A stretch of 64,000 nucleotides of DNA, from the NCBI GenBank assembly GCA_965215265.1, contig OZ244048.1, forward strand, positions 4,544,001-4,608,000, given 5' to 3'. The notes below the pieces were generated by a model. The model was given only the letters and a program-made list of their open reading frames with translations. It was not told the DNA's origin and searched no databases. Position 1 is the stretch's first letter, and every line of letters begins with the position of its first letter. A program made the position numbers and the translations under genes. Shown here piece by piece: positions 18,428 through 28,160 of the stretch. The DNA is from Candidatus Poribacteria bacterium. Its GTDB lineage: Bacteria; Poribacteria; WGA-4E; WGA-3G.

Positions 18428-18456
18428 TTGATATTTTTCCTATTTGAGAGTATACT
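18428..18456 (+). promoter_or_regulatory. Sigma70-type promoter of the cupin operon
   Basis: TTGATA-N17-TATACT. Confidence 0.55.
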
Positions 18457-18505
18457 CGAGTAAAATAATTCCTGCCGCTCAACGGCAGTCTTTTTATGGT
18501 ATCAC

Positions 18506-18919
18506 ATGAATATGAAAGCACACGTTATCAATTTTCAAGAACGGAAACCTATTGACCGGGGAACAGGCGTGAAGACGGTCCCTTTAACTGGAAAATGGCT
18601 TGATTCAACCTCACTAACCAATGGCGTAACGATGTTCGAACCCGGTGCAGCGATTGCTCGCCACTATCACAATTGTGATGAATCTGTTACAATTCTAGAA
18701 GGCGAGGCCGCCTGCGAAGTTGATGGTGACATCTTCTCAATGACGGCTTTTGACACCACTTTTGTGCCTGCCGGTATTCCACACCGGTTTTGGAACGAAA
18801 GCAACGCACCGATGAAAATCCTATGGACTTACGCCTCGGTGAACGTCACGCGAACGTTTACAGATACCGGTGAAACGGTAGAACACTTATCCACGGATGA
18901 TAAAGCCGTAGCAAACTAA
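18506..18919 (+). CDS. Cupin domain protein
   Basis: HYHNCDESVTILEG and VPAGIPHRFWN motifs. Confidence 0.9.
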   Translation: MNMKAHVINFQERKPIDRGTGVKTVPLTGKWLDSTSLTNGVTMFEPGAAIARHYHNCDESVTILEGEAACEVDGDIFSMTAFDTTFVPAGIPHRFWNESNAPMKILWTYASVNVTRTFTDTGETVEHLSTDDKAVAN

Positions 18920-20172
18920 TGACTCAAGGATGCCAGATGTCCGTACAAACTTATATTAAGAACAACCAAACCGCACTTTGTGCCTTACTACAAGAACTCG
19001 TCAGAATTCCGACTGTCAACCCACCCGGTAATGATTATGACAAGTTTGTTGCCGTGCTTGAGGAAAAATGCCGCGAACTCCGCATGCAAACGCAAATCGT
19101 TCCGGTGCCTCTTGACTATGCAAACCAATTCACCCCCAATGCCAAAAGTCACCCGCGTCTCAACCTAATCGCGCATTGGGATGTCGGGGCAGAAAAAACG
19201 GTGCATTTCAACGCACACTACGACATCGTCCCGGTCTCCGGAGACTGGCAGTTTGACCCTTTCGGCGGCGATATTGCTGACGAGTGGCTTTACGGCCGCG
19301 GGGCTGATGATATGAAGGATGCCATCGCTGCATTACTCTTCGCGATTAAAGCCATTCAAGAGACTGGCGGGAAACCGCGCTTCAACATTGAATGTTCTTT
19401 TACATGCGACGAAGAAACCGGCGGAGACCTTGGTGCGGGCTATATCACAAAACAAGGTTTGGTGAAAGCCGATTACATTGTTAATTGCGAAGGCGGCGGC
19501 GGTATGACCATCGGGAACGGACATAACGGTGTGCTCTGGATGGACATCACTGTCAATGGGAAGGCAGCACACGGCTCGCAACCGCACAAAGGTATAAACG
19601 CCTTTGAGAAAACAGCAGAACTCATAACAGCACTCCAACGGCTCAAACGTGGATTGAAATCACCGACGCGCGCTTTCACCCTCACTGACGGCACTGAACG
19701 GTACCCGACGCTGAATATTGGCGGCACGTTTCGCGGTACTGACGGAGACAAAATCAATACAGTTCCAGCACAAGTTATATTCTCAATTGACCGGCGGGTT
19801 ACTCCTAATGAAACACTCCAGAACGCGGAATTGGAATTGCGAGAAGCTATCTCAGGTGCGTGTGAATACTATTCAGAACTACAAGCGGATGTGGAAGCTA
19901 TCTTGCAGATTGAACCCTGCTTAACAGACGCAACATCCGCGCTCGCACAAACGTTCGCGCGAGCCGTACGCATTGTCCGATTCAATCAACCACAATTTAA
20001 ACCCACAACCGGTTTCACCGATCTGCATTTTTTTGTCAATACAGGTCTTCCCGGAATTGGCTACGGACCACGCGGCGAAGGAGGACACGCCATAGACGAA
20101 CGCGTGCACATTCCCGACTTAGTCAAGACCGCTGCTATTTACGCAACCTTTATGATACGCGACGGTCTTTAG
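18919..20172 (+). CDS. M20 family metallopeptidase/deacylase (ArgE/DapE-like)
   Basis: NAHYDIVP, GRGADDMK, DEETGG, GKAAHGS and HAIDE motifs. Confidence 0.9.
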   Translation: MTQGCQMSVQTYIKNNQTALCALLQELVRIPTVNPPGNDYDKFVAVLEEKCRELRMQTQIVPVPLDYANQFTPNAKSHPRLNLIAHWDVGAEKTVHFNAHYDIVPVSGDWQFDPFGGDIADEWLYGRGADDMKDAIAALLFAIKAIQETGGKPRFNIECSFTCDEETGGDLGAGYITKQGLVKADYIVNCEGGGGMTIGNGHNGVLWMDITVNGKAAHGSQPHKGINAFEKTAELITALQRLKRGLKSPTRAFTLTDGTERYPTLNIGGTFRGTDGDKINTVPAQVIFSIDRRVTPNETLQNAELELREAISGACEYYSELQADVEAILQIEPCLTDATSALAQTFARAVRIVRFNQPQFKPTTGFTDLHFFVNTGLPGIGYGPRGEGGHAIDERVHIPDLVKTAAIYATFMIRDGL

Positions 20173-20206
20173 AAAACGCATGACAACACTGGGACTGAAA
20201 TAGAAC

Positions 20207-20518
20207 ATGGAAAAGAAATTCCAGAGACAGATCGAAAATTTCAGTTGCGGAAATTGCGGCACGTTCGTCACCGGCGACGGATACACAAACCATTGCCCAG
20301 AATGCCTCTGGAGCCGACACGTCGATGTCAATCCCGGAGATAGGGCTGAAAATTGTGGAGGTTTAATGGAGCCCGTGGCGGTTATCCAAAAACAGCAGAA
20401 TTACATACTCATCCACCGCTGCACGAAGTGTGGCATAAAAAAAAGAAACAGAACGTCAAAAACGGACAACTTTGACGCAGTTATTTCCATTCTAAAAGGA
20501 GAATATTGGCGGTTGTAA
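20207..20518 (+). CDS. RNHCP-domain zinc-binding protein
   Basis: F.C.NCG, TNHCPECLWSRHVD..PGDRA.NCGGLM.P and HRC.KCG motifs. Confidence 0.9.
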   Translation: MEKKFQRQIENFSCGNCGTFVTGDGYTNHCPECLWSRHVDVNPGDRAENCGGLMEPVAVIQKQQNYILIHRCTKCGIKKRNRTSKTDNFDAVISILKGEYWRL

Positions 20519-20586
20519 AGCACCCTGGCGCGTCGATTTAACCCAAAAACCGAGTGCCTCGCTAACTTCATCCAATATGACCAACT

Positions 20587-21486
20587 ATGAATAAATTTTA
20601 TATAACTGCTTTCGTTGTTAGCGCGCTCGCGATAATTACACTCTCCCTTTTTCTTTACGCAACTTCCAACACCTTGAAAGCGGTCCGCGGGGAATTGGCA
20701 GCATCGCAAACAGCACGACAGAAAACAGAAACAGAAAAGAAGAACTTAGAGAATGAATTAGAAGATATCCAAAGTACCCTAGGAGCAACACGCTTAGAAC
20801 TCAGCCAAACGCAAGAGATATTGCAAAACGCAAGCGAAGCCGCCCGAAATATCGCTACCGAACGGAACGCACTCCGCGAAGAGAAAAGCACCCTTGAACA
20901 AGAAAAACAGCAGCTCCGCACAAAATTGAACGAAATTGAAGCCGAATTGAAGCGGATCCGGATTCAATCCCAACGCTCAATTGTAGCCATTCAAGAAAAA
21001 TTTAAAGACACGGTCGGGGCAGTATTAGATGATGCCGGACGGTTAAAACTTGACGTGAAAGGGAAAATCCTGTTTGAAACCGGTAAAGCCACTTTAAGTG
21101 CAGAAGGCAAGCAGCTCCTGGATGCAATTGCACAAGAAGTTTTGCTAAACCCCAACTATGCAGATTATATTATCCGGATTGAAGGGCATACGGACAATAC
21201 GCCTATCGGCGGTGACGCATTGCGAAACTGGGAACTTTCAACCGATCGAGCCGTCGCCGCAGTAAAATACCTCCAAGTGCACGCGAACGTGGATGCCCAT
21301 CGCCTTACAGCAACAGGACACGCTTTCTACCAGCCGATCTATACAGCCAACACCTCAGAAGCGAAGGCAAAAAACCGGAGAATCGAAATTATCCTCGTAC
21401 CACCACAAGATTTCTTATTAGAGCTGCTTACATCTGTCCAAAATGTCATGAAATCCCTTCAGAAAACAGAAAGTCAACAAGAATAA
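20587..21486 (+). CDS. OmpA/MotB-like peptidoglycan-binding protein with coiled coil
   Basis: N-terminal TM, coiled coil, then IEGHTDN, NWELSTDRA and NRRIEI. Confidence 0.88.
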   Translation: MNKFYITAFVVSALAIITLSLFLYATSNTLKAVRGELAASQTARQKTETEKKNLENELEDIQSTLGATRLELSQTQEILQNASEAARNIATERNALREEKSTLEQEKQQLRTKLNEIEAELKRIRIQSQRSIVAIQEKFKDTVGAVLDDAGRLKLDVKGKILFETGKATLSAEGKQLLDAIAQEVLLNPNYADYIIRIEGHTDNTPIGGDALRNWELSTDRAVAAVKYLQVHANVDAHRLTATGHAFYQPIYTANTSEAKAKNRRIEIILVPPQDFLLELLTSVQNVMKSLQKTESQQE

Positions 21487-21498
21487 TCACAGCCATGC

Positions 21499-22371
21499 CT
21501 ATTTTTCGGTGTGCTGCCCCTTAGCCCCTTGCATCACCAGCCGCTTTGTCTCCGCAATCTGTTCTATGATACGCTCGTTCGTCCATGAAACCGATACAAA
21601 ATAGCGGAGTTCTTCAGGATTACTCAAACTTTCAACACCAAATGTTGTTTGAAGCCCGCTTGCGGCAATATGCCGCATCGCAGCGTTAACGCTAATGCCA
21701 TCAAATTCTACGCTTAGCGTGATATCTCCCTTCGCAAATACAGGGTGGAATTCAGTACTCATCCCTGCAAACAACCCGACTGGGAAATCACCGGGGGCAA
21801 AACGTGCTGTGCCAAGCCCTATATGCCCCGAAATAAGGTGGATCCGAGGAAGATTAAACGTTTTACTCACAACAAGAAAGGCAGCACGCTCGCGCGAAAC
21901 TGGATTTTCTAATAGAGCAGACGGACCTGCCTTTGCTAACTTCAAGTTCTCAACCCCGATTGCTACACCCGGAATCATCCCAGGTTCCTTTTCCTTTACT
22001 AGTTGTACCTTCAGGGCTGCTAATTGTAAGGTAGCATCTCCGTTATCCAATTGCACGTCAGGCACAAAAGACTGATACCAGAGGTAGGATAACCCAATCT
22101 CACCTCTATCAAACATGCCGAAGTTAAGACGAAGAGCTGTCTCATCCCGTAGAAGTCGTGATGAATTTTGGAAGGCGATGTGCGTTCCGACTCCGAATGT
22201 CCCGTGTCTTAGCACATCACCCGTCGGGATATTCATCAAACCGCTCTCCGTAAACTTGTCTGCCATAACCACCCCGTTCGGGGCGATGACACATACCAAG
22301 CACAGAAGACAGGCGTTTATAAGGTAGTAAAGAGGAAAACTGCCCTGCGAGCGCCGCTGGTAAACAGCCAT
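21499..22371 (-). CDS. Exported YjbH-like putative beta-barrel protein
   Basis: Signal peptide, SGLMNIPTGDVL motif and alternating beta-strand pattern. Confidence 0.55.
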   Translation of the reverse strand: MAVYQRRSQGSFPLYYLINACLLCLVCVIAPNGVVMADKFTESGLMNIPTGDVLRHGTFGVGTHIAFQNSSRLLRDETALRLNFGMFDRGEIGLSYLWYQSFVPDVQLDNGDATLQLAALKVQLVKEKEPGMIPGVAIGVENLKLAKAGPSALLENPVSRERAAFLVVSKTFNLPRIHLISGHIGLGTARFAPGDFPVGLFAGMSTEFHPVFAKGDITLSVEFDGISVNAAMRHIAASGLQTTFGVESLSNPEELRYFVSVSWTNERIIEQIAETKRLVMQGAKGQHTEK

Positions 22372-23090
22372 TAATGTTTCTCCATATACCGAATCCCCGT
22401 AGATGTCCCGATAATAATTTTGTCTGCGCGATTTACGAAAATCCCATTTTCTACCACACCCGGTATATTGTTCAGTTGCGATTCGATCCGCGCAGGCTCT
22501 GCAATTCCATCAAAATGGCAATCAAGGATATAATTTCCATTATCGGTAATAAGTGGACGTTCGTTTTTCTTGCGCAATGTTGACTTTTCACAGAGCTGAT
22601 TGACAACCTCCTGTGTAACTTGCCAGCCGAATCTTACAATCTCTACGGGAAGTGCGAAGGTTGTACCCAGCACCTTAGAGCACTTGCTCTGATCGACCAC
22701 AATTAATATTCGTTTAGAGACGTTGGCGATAATCTTTTCTCGGACTAACGCCGCCCCACCGCCTTTAATCAGATTGAGGTGAGCGTCAACTTCATCGGCA
22801 CCGTCGATGGTCAGATCTATTGCAGGATGCCTTGCGAACGTTGAAAGCGGGATCCCTTGCACTGTAGCAATTTCTTCGGTACCGCCGGAGGTAGGAACCC
22901 CAACAATGTCTAAGCCTGCCTCAACCATCATGCCAAGCTTTAAGAGCGCGTAATAGACAGTTGACCCGGTGCCTAATCCGACAACCATTCCGGATCGGAT
23001 TTCCTCAGCAGCTCTTTCTGCAGCAATTTTTTTCTGGTGTTCGATGTTCATAACGGGTATAAGTCTATCAGAAACGTGTTTTGGAATCAA
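22371..23090 (-). CDS. rpiA: Ribose-5-phosphate isomerase A
   Basis: GLGTGST, DGADEV, KGGGAAL.REKI and TDNGNYILD motifs. Confidence 0.97.
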   Translation of the reverse strand: MIPKHVSDRLIPVMNIEHQKKIAAERAAEEIRSGMVVGLGTGSTVYYALLKLGMMVEAGLDIVGVPTSGGTEEIATVQGIPLSTFARHPAIDLTIDGADEVDAHLNLIKGGGAALVREKIIANVSKRILIVVDQSKCSKVLGTTFALPVEIVRFGWQVTQEVVNQLCEKSTLRKKNERPLITDNGNYILDCHFDGIAEPARIESQLNNIPGVVENGIFVNRADKIIIGTSTGIRYMEKH

Positions 23091-23365
23091 GGCACAAATT
23101 CCTGCTTTCTCGGGTTATTTCGTTTCCAACATGTTCTCAAATTTGCGAAGATGTCAGACACAGGATAGCCTTTCTATAGTGCGATTTTTCGATTTAGCCT
23201 TCGTTCTTAGCGGCGAACTAAATCGCCCTACCTGCCCTCAATTTTAATTTGACTTTTTTTCTGTTTTATAATACGATAAAATTACATTCCATAATTTTCT
23301 CAATTTCTAAATATGAAAACGCTACGTGGAGAGAGAACACGTACTAATTCAACAGGAGAAAAGCA

Positions 23366-24667
23366 TTGCACAAGCATAATCGCCAAACGTTTATTGAGAA
23401 GATGGGGCCCCGCGGCGTTGCTATCTTCGCGAGTACAGCCCCAGCTATGCAAAATCACGATACCGAATATGTGTATCGTCCGGACCCGAATTTTTATTAC
23501 CTCACAGGTTTTGAAGAACCTGAGGCGATTTGCGTCATCGCTCCTGAACATCCGAATCATCAATATATCCTGTTTGTTCGTCCTAAAGACAAGCAGGCCG
23601 AAATCTGGACCGGAAAACGGGTCGGTGTCGTAAACGCTCGTACGCAATATGGTGCAGATAAAGTATATCCGATAGAGGACTTTGGTGAGGCAATTGAGAG
23701 ATACTTACGAAATGCGGAAAGGCTTTACTATACACTCGGTTCCAATGAAGAGGTTGACACGAAAATCTTCGAGTTATTCAGGCAATCCGTTAGGCGAAAA
23801 ATCCGCACTGGAAAAGGTATCTCTACGTTAGTCGACCCGTACCCAATTCTCAGTGAACTGCGCTTAGTAAAAAATAATGAGGAAATCCAGCGCATCCGCA
23901 AGGCAACAGAGGTTACAGCAGCAGGACACTTGGCAGCAATGCAGGCAGTACACCCGGGCATATATGAATACGAGTTAGAGGCAATAGTTGATGCTACATT
24001 CCGAAAGAAAGGAGCTAACGGCACAGCCTTTCCAACCATTGTCGCCAGCGGCGCGAACGCAACAACGCTCCACTACACAACCAATGCCTGCCAGATCGAG
24101 GACGGCAGCCTTGTTCTCATAGACGCAGGTGCAGAATACAACCGGTACTGTGGAGATGTTACTCGCACTTTTCCTGCCAGCGGCACCTTCACTGATGCCC
24201 AACGGCACATCTACCAACTTGTGCTTGATGCCCAATACGCAATTATTGACACTATAAGCCCCGGGGTCTCAATTGACGAACCGCACCAAAAATCTATTGA
24301 CTTTTTGACAGAGGGGATGCTCAGCCTCGGGCTCTTAACCGGGGAAAAACAAAAATTAGTGAAGACAGGGGCATACGAAGAGTTTTATATGTACCGGGTT
24401 GGGCATATGCTCGGTCTGGATGTGCATGATGTTAACTGTGTACACGAACCCAACGGTGAGTTTAAAACCTTCCAACCGGGAATGATTATGACAATAGAAC
24501 CAGGCCTTTACGTCGCCGCCGATACAAAAGGAGTGCCTCCTGAATATCTCGGAATCGGCGTGCGAATTGAAGACGATATCCTCGTTACCGAATCCGGTTG
24601 TGAAGTGCTAACTGACACTGTCCCAAAAGAAATCGAGGCTGTTGAGCAGTTTGTACAAGATCGCTAG
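23366..24667 (+). CDS. pepP: Xaa-Pro aminopeptidase (M24B)
   Basis: FYYLTGF.EP, LHY, DAGAEY..YCGDVTRTFP, GH.LGLDVHD, TIEPGLY and GVRIEDD motifs. TTG start after AGGAG. Confidence 0.93.
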   Translation: MHKHNRQTFIEKMGPRGVAIFASTAPAMQNHDTEYVYRPDPNFYYLTGFEEPEAICVIAPEHPNHQYILFVRPKDKQAEIWTGKRVGVVNARTQYGADKVYPIEDFGEAIERYLRNAERLYYTLGSNEEVDTKIFELFRQSVRRKIRTGKGISTLVDPYPILSELRLVKNNEEIQRIRKATEVTAAGHLAAMQAVHPGIYEYELEAIVDATFRKKGANGTAFPTIVASGANATTLHYTTNACQIEDGSLVLIDAGAEYNRYCGDVTRTFPASGTFTDAQRHIYQLVLDAQYAIIDTISPGVSIDEPHQKSIDFLTEGMLSLGLLTGEKQKLVKTGAYEEFYMYRVGHMLGLDVHDVNCVHEPNGEFKTFQPGMIMTIEPGLYVAADTKGVPPEYLGIGVRIEDDILVTESGCEVLTDTVPKEIEAVEQFVQDR

Positions 24668-24758
24668 TAAAACTTAGAAAGCGGTCTTCCGATCTCTTAT
24701 TTTACAACATAGCCCAAGAAGTCAGCCGTAAGCTCATACTTCTTATAGGAGGGAACTG

Positions 24759-25298
24759 ATGAAAAAGAAATTGTCCGGTATGAACAAATATCAGAAGAGA
24801 TCGCATCGCCGACGGGAAGACCGGTTGCGCGGCAATGAAGTGGAATACTATCTCGCCCTTGCCTATTCCGAGAATCCTGACGAACGCGTCCGCGCCATGG
24901 AAAACCTCTGTCCCTGTCACGTGCGAAAACGGATTAACAAAGTCTGGGTAGCATTATACAAGGGTATGGTAGATCCGGACCTACGGGTCCGCCGAGCCGC
25001 GTGGCACACACTCGAGGATGGAGGGAATCCAAACGACCCACGGCTCCAGCCACTCCTTGAAAAAATCGTAAAGGAAGAAACCGACAAAAAACTCCGTAAA
25101 CTCGCGCTCGACCTAATCGCATCCACTCGAAAATTGGAAGACCAAAAAGCTTCGCTCCTCGAGCAGAGAGCGCACTATTTTTTCGCGAAATGCGACTGGT
25201 GTGGTGAGAAAAACATACCAGTCACTCATGATTACGAAACTGAACTTGACGTGAATGGAACGAAACGGTTCGCGCTAACTTGTGAAAATTGTCTATAG
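24759..25298 (+). CDS. HEAT-repeat protein with CPCH motif and C-terminal CxxC...CxxC zinc ribbon
   Basis: D...VRRAA HEAT-like repeats, LCPCHVRK, and CDWC...CENC. SD AGGAGG. Confidence 0.75.
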   Translation: MKKKLSGMNKYQKRSHRRREDRLRGNEVEYYLALAYSENPDERVRAMENLCPCHVRKRINKVWVALYKGMVDPDLRVRRAAWHTLEDGGNPNDPRLQPLLEKIVKEETDKKLRKLALDLIASTRKLEDQKASLLEQRAHYFFAKCDWCGEKNIPVTHDYETELDVNGTKRFALTCENCL

Positions 25299-25469
25299 AC
25301 AACCTCAAATGCTGTCTGACTCTAGTGACACCGATGACAGATGACAGAGATAAAGAGGGTTGAAAGGCATATCGACTTGTGGGTAAGAGTAAGCCGCCTA
25401 CGGTGGGCTAGGGGTGCTCATCCTAAGAACACCTTATCGCTTGAATCTCTAAAAAAATAGGATTTTTTC

Positions 25470-25499
25470 GTGACATTTTTTTTCAACTTATGTTATACT
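25470..25499 (+). promoter_or_regulatory. Sigma70-type promoter upstream of the metalloprotease leader
   Basis: GTGACA-N18-TATACT with extended -10 TG. Confidence 0.5.
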
Positions 25500-25542
25500 T
25501 TCGGCAAAAGGGCTCGAATGCAATATGCCAAGGGTTAGGAGG

Positions 25543-25640
25543 GACGCCATCGCTCCAATATTTAACCAAAAACGTAATATTAATATAAGTGTTGAGCCTG
25601 TCTTAACATGATGCCATCGCTCCAATATTTAACCAAAAAC
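25543..25640. repeat. Direct repeat pair (28 bp perfect, 31 bp with one mismatch) separated by 36 bp
   Basis: GCCATCGCTCCAATATTTAACCAAAAAC at 25546-25573 and 25613-25640. Confidence 0.9.
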
Positions 25641-25754
25641 CCTCAGGAATATCAAATTAAGGTAAAACAGAGAGAAGTTGATGATTGACTTGATAAGGTA
25701 ATAAAAGAGGATAAAACTGTTCGATAATCAATCTACAGAGGAAGGATAATAAGC

Positions 25755-26861
25755 ATGAAAAAGTTTTTTGTTCTATTAATCTCGCTGATGTTAACGATGT
25801 TTTGCATGGATTCCTATGCGTTCGTCGTAGAAACAATTTTCTTCAAGCCTACCGATGCAGACGTTGTTTCAGACGCTAAAATATCAGGCTTGGTGAAAGA
25901 TGCGCAAGAGTTATATGCCAGCGAGATGGATTTGCAAGGTTTCGGGAGAAAGACTTTCAATGTTGAAAAAGACTTAAACGGGGATGTGAAAGTACATAGG
26001 GTCAACGGTAGGCATGAATCGCGACATTACTCTAATAATGCCTGGCAAAAAATTTTACCAGAGCTACCTAATAGGTTTAATCCTACTACTGCTCCCTGGG
26101 ACAAGCAGGACAATATACGTCTAATCATAGTAGGCGGTGTAGTCGTTTTTGACGGCAGGGCTTGGGGCTATGGGTGGCCGCGCCATAGCACCAGATATGG
26201 CGGCAGCCTGCTAGTAGCGGCAAATAGTGGTCATCTGAATGTGAGCGTTATAGCCCACGAGATAGGACACTGTTTCGGTTTATATCATAAGCCTGAAGGG
26301 AGCGATCCAGACCCCCCTTCTCTTGAACATTACGAGGCACGATGGCTGGATAAGCATTACCATTTCAATAATAGAGCCAATAACTTTACTTTTCCAAAAA
26401 TTGACACAGGCCGCCCAAAAATGACCGCGCTACAGGAAAATAAAGTGAAGTTTGAGTTAGGTGTCTCTAGCAATCATGGTCTGCATCAAGCGATGATATT
26501 CAGAAAGTCTGATATTAGGGTTATAGATTGGGATTATCTGAACGGTGAGAATAGGGACACAATCACACTTCATGCAGATCGGCACGAATGGGCAAATGAA
26601 ATGGTATTAGAGGTAATGGACGAACTTGGGAACTATACAATGAAAGACGTTTTCGTGTCTCTACCAGAATCCGAGAAGGTAGAGCGTGAAAATAAGAATC
26701 CTGATTTGAATTTCGACAAAGAAGTCGAAGAGAACCCCGATAAAGAAGTCGAAGAGAATCCCGACAAAGAAGTCGAAGAAAAAATCGTTGACAGTGAGCC
26801 CCGGACTACCAGTCCAAGAGGCAAAATAGCAACAACTTGGGCAAGTCTGAAAATGAGGTAA
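25755..26861 (+). CDS. Secreted zinc metalloprotease (metzincin-like) with acidic repeats and C-terminal TWxxLK motif
   Basis: Signal peptide, HEIGHCFGLYH (HExxHxxGxxH), 24-bp DKEVEENP repeats at about 26714-26780, and C-terminus PRGKIATTWASLKMR. Confidence 0.85.
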   Translation: MKKFFVLLISLMLTMFCMDSYAFVVETIFFKPTDADVVSDAKISGLVKDAQELYASEMDLQGFGRKTFNVEKDLNGDVKVHRVNGRHESRHYSNNAWQKILPELPNRFNPTTAPWDKQDNIRLIIVGGVVVFDGRAWGYGWPRHSTRYGGSLLVAANSGHLNVSVIAHEIGHCFGLYHKPEGSDPDPPSLEHYEARWLDKHYHFNNRANNFTFPKIDTGRPKMTALQENKVKFELGVSSNHGLHQAMIFRKSDIRVIDWDYLNGENRDTITLHADRHEWANEMVLEVMDELGNYTMKDVFVSLPESEKVERENKNPDLNFDKEVEENPDKEVEENPDKEVEEKIVDSEPRTTSPRGKIATTWASLKMR

Positions 26862-27503
26862 TTTTTCAAAACCGGACACTTATAAGAGGATTTACACAAG
26901 CATCTGATAGGCTTCTTATATAGTCACGCCGAGGCCCGCCGATTCATAGAAAATTGAATCGCCTATTTTGAGAACGTTGCCACCGCCCAAACGCTTGAGG
27001 AGATTCAATGGGACGACTACCCTCACGCGGGATAACATTGAGAAAAGGGAAGAGTTAGCTTAGACAATGGCAAAATATCTCTTCCAACAAGGGGAGGTCC
27101 ACGGGGAAGCACGTCAGGAAAACACCCTCAAAAAGGCTGTCACAGTGTCTCTGGCAAGATGGCACTTTTACCTTCGCTTGTCGCTGATTCTTACCTAAAT
27201 AACTCGTCCCCGAACACAGGCAACTGCCTGCACTGCACGCAACATGCACCACTAGCTGCCCATTGGTAGGGATTTAGGGCAAACCCGGAATCTCTACTCC
27301 TATGTCCTCAACAGAAGGTCCTGCTCGTAAGGGCGCTTTTCTTCCGCCTCACAAGGTGATATGTTCATAGGCAGATTACACCGACGAAGCAGATAGATGA
27401 AAACATGCAAGTTCAACACGAGATGCCCTATTAAATCTGAAAAAAACGTGTTTCTAAAAAAAATGAAGAACATGTCCAATTCACACAACTAATATATTAT
27501 CAG

Positions 27504-28091
27504 TTGAATAAACGTAAGGATGCAGACTTAACAATGATACCCGATGATGTTTACGTGCATAAAACAGTAGAGGGTGATGCTGAAGCCTTTAACGAACTGG
27601 TCAATCGTCATCATACAAAGATTTATGGACTCGCGTATCGGATACTCGGCAACACCGAAGATGCCGCCGATGCAACCCAGGAAACCTTTTTAGAGGCGTA
27701 CAAATCGATTAAATCGTTTCAATTTCAATCGCAGTTCGGAACATGGCTCTATAGAATTGGGATTAACACTTGTCAACAGTATATCCGGAAGGCGCAATCC
27801 CGTGAACGGACGCTTACTGCTTACACAGATGAAGTTGAGATCCGCGGCATAGCCTCTGAAGAATACTCACCTGAGCGAATGATGCTTAAAAAAGAGCAAA
27901 ATCAGATCGTTCAGGATGCCATTAATCGGTTACCACCCAAGCAAAGAGAGGTAGTTACGTTATTCTATATGCAACACCTCAAGTACCGAGAAATCGCGGA
28001 GGTTTTAAACTGTTCAGAAGGAACCGTTGCCTCGCGTTTGAATCAGGCTTTGAAAAATCTCAAGGTGAAATTGAGTAAATACTACCTCTGA
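27504..28091 (+). CDS. ECF RNA polymerase sigma factor
   Basis: DAADATQETFL, FGTWLYRIG.N, LPPKQREV and YREIAEVL.CSEGTVASRL motifs. Confidence 0.93.
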   Translation: MNKRKDADLTMIPDDVYVHKTVEGDAEAFNELVNRHHTKIYGLAYRILGNTEDAADATQETFLEAYKSIKSFQFQSQFGTWLYRIGINTCQQYIRKAQSRERTLTAYTDEVEIRGIASEEYSPERMMLKKEQNQIVQDAINRLPPKQREVVTLFYMQHLKYREIAEVLNCSEGTVASRLNQALKNLKVKLSKYYL

Positions 28092-28160
28092 GGGATTTCA
28101 ATATGAACGTGTAGGAGTGAATTCCAGAGCTCCAAACCTTAAGTATTTCAAATTAGAAAC

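Noticed and set aside
20587-21486. Flagellar stator MotB
   Set aside because: No adjacent motA and no conserved Asp-containing MotB TM motif; kept as a generic OmpA/MotB-like protein.
25503-25560. c-di-GMP-I (GEMM) riboswitch suggested by GGCAAA...GGGACGC
   Set aside because: Lacks the GNRA loop/receptor and the GCAAAG-led second stem.
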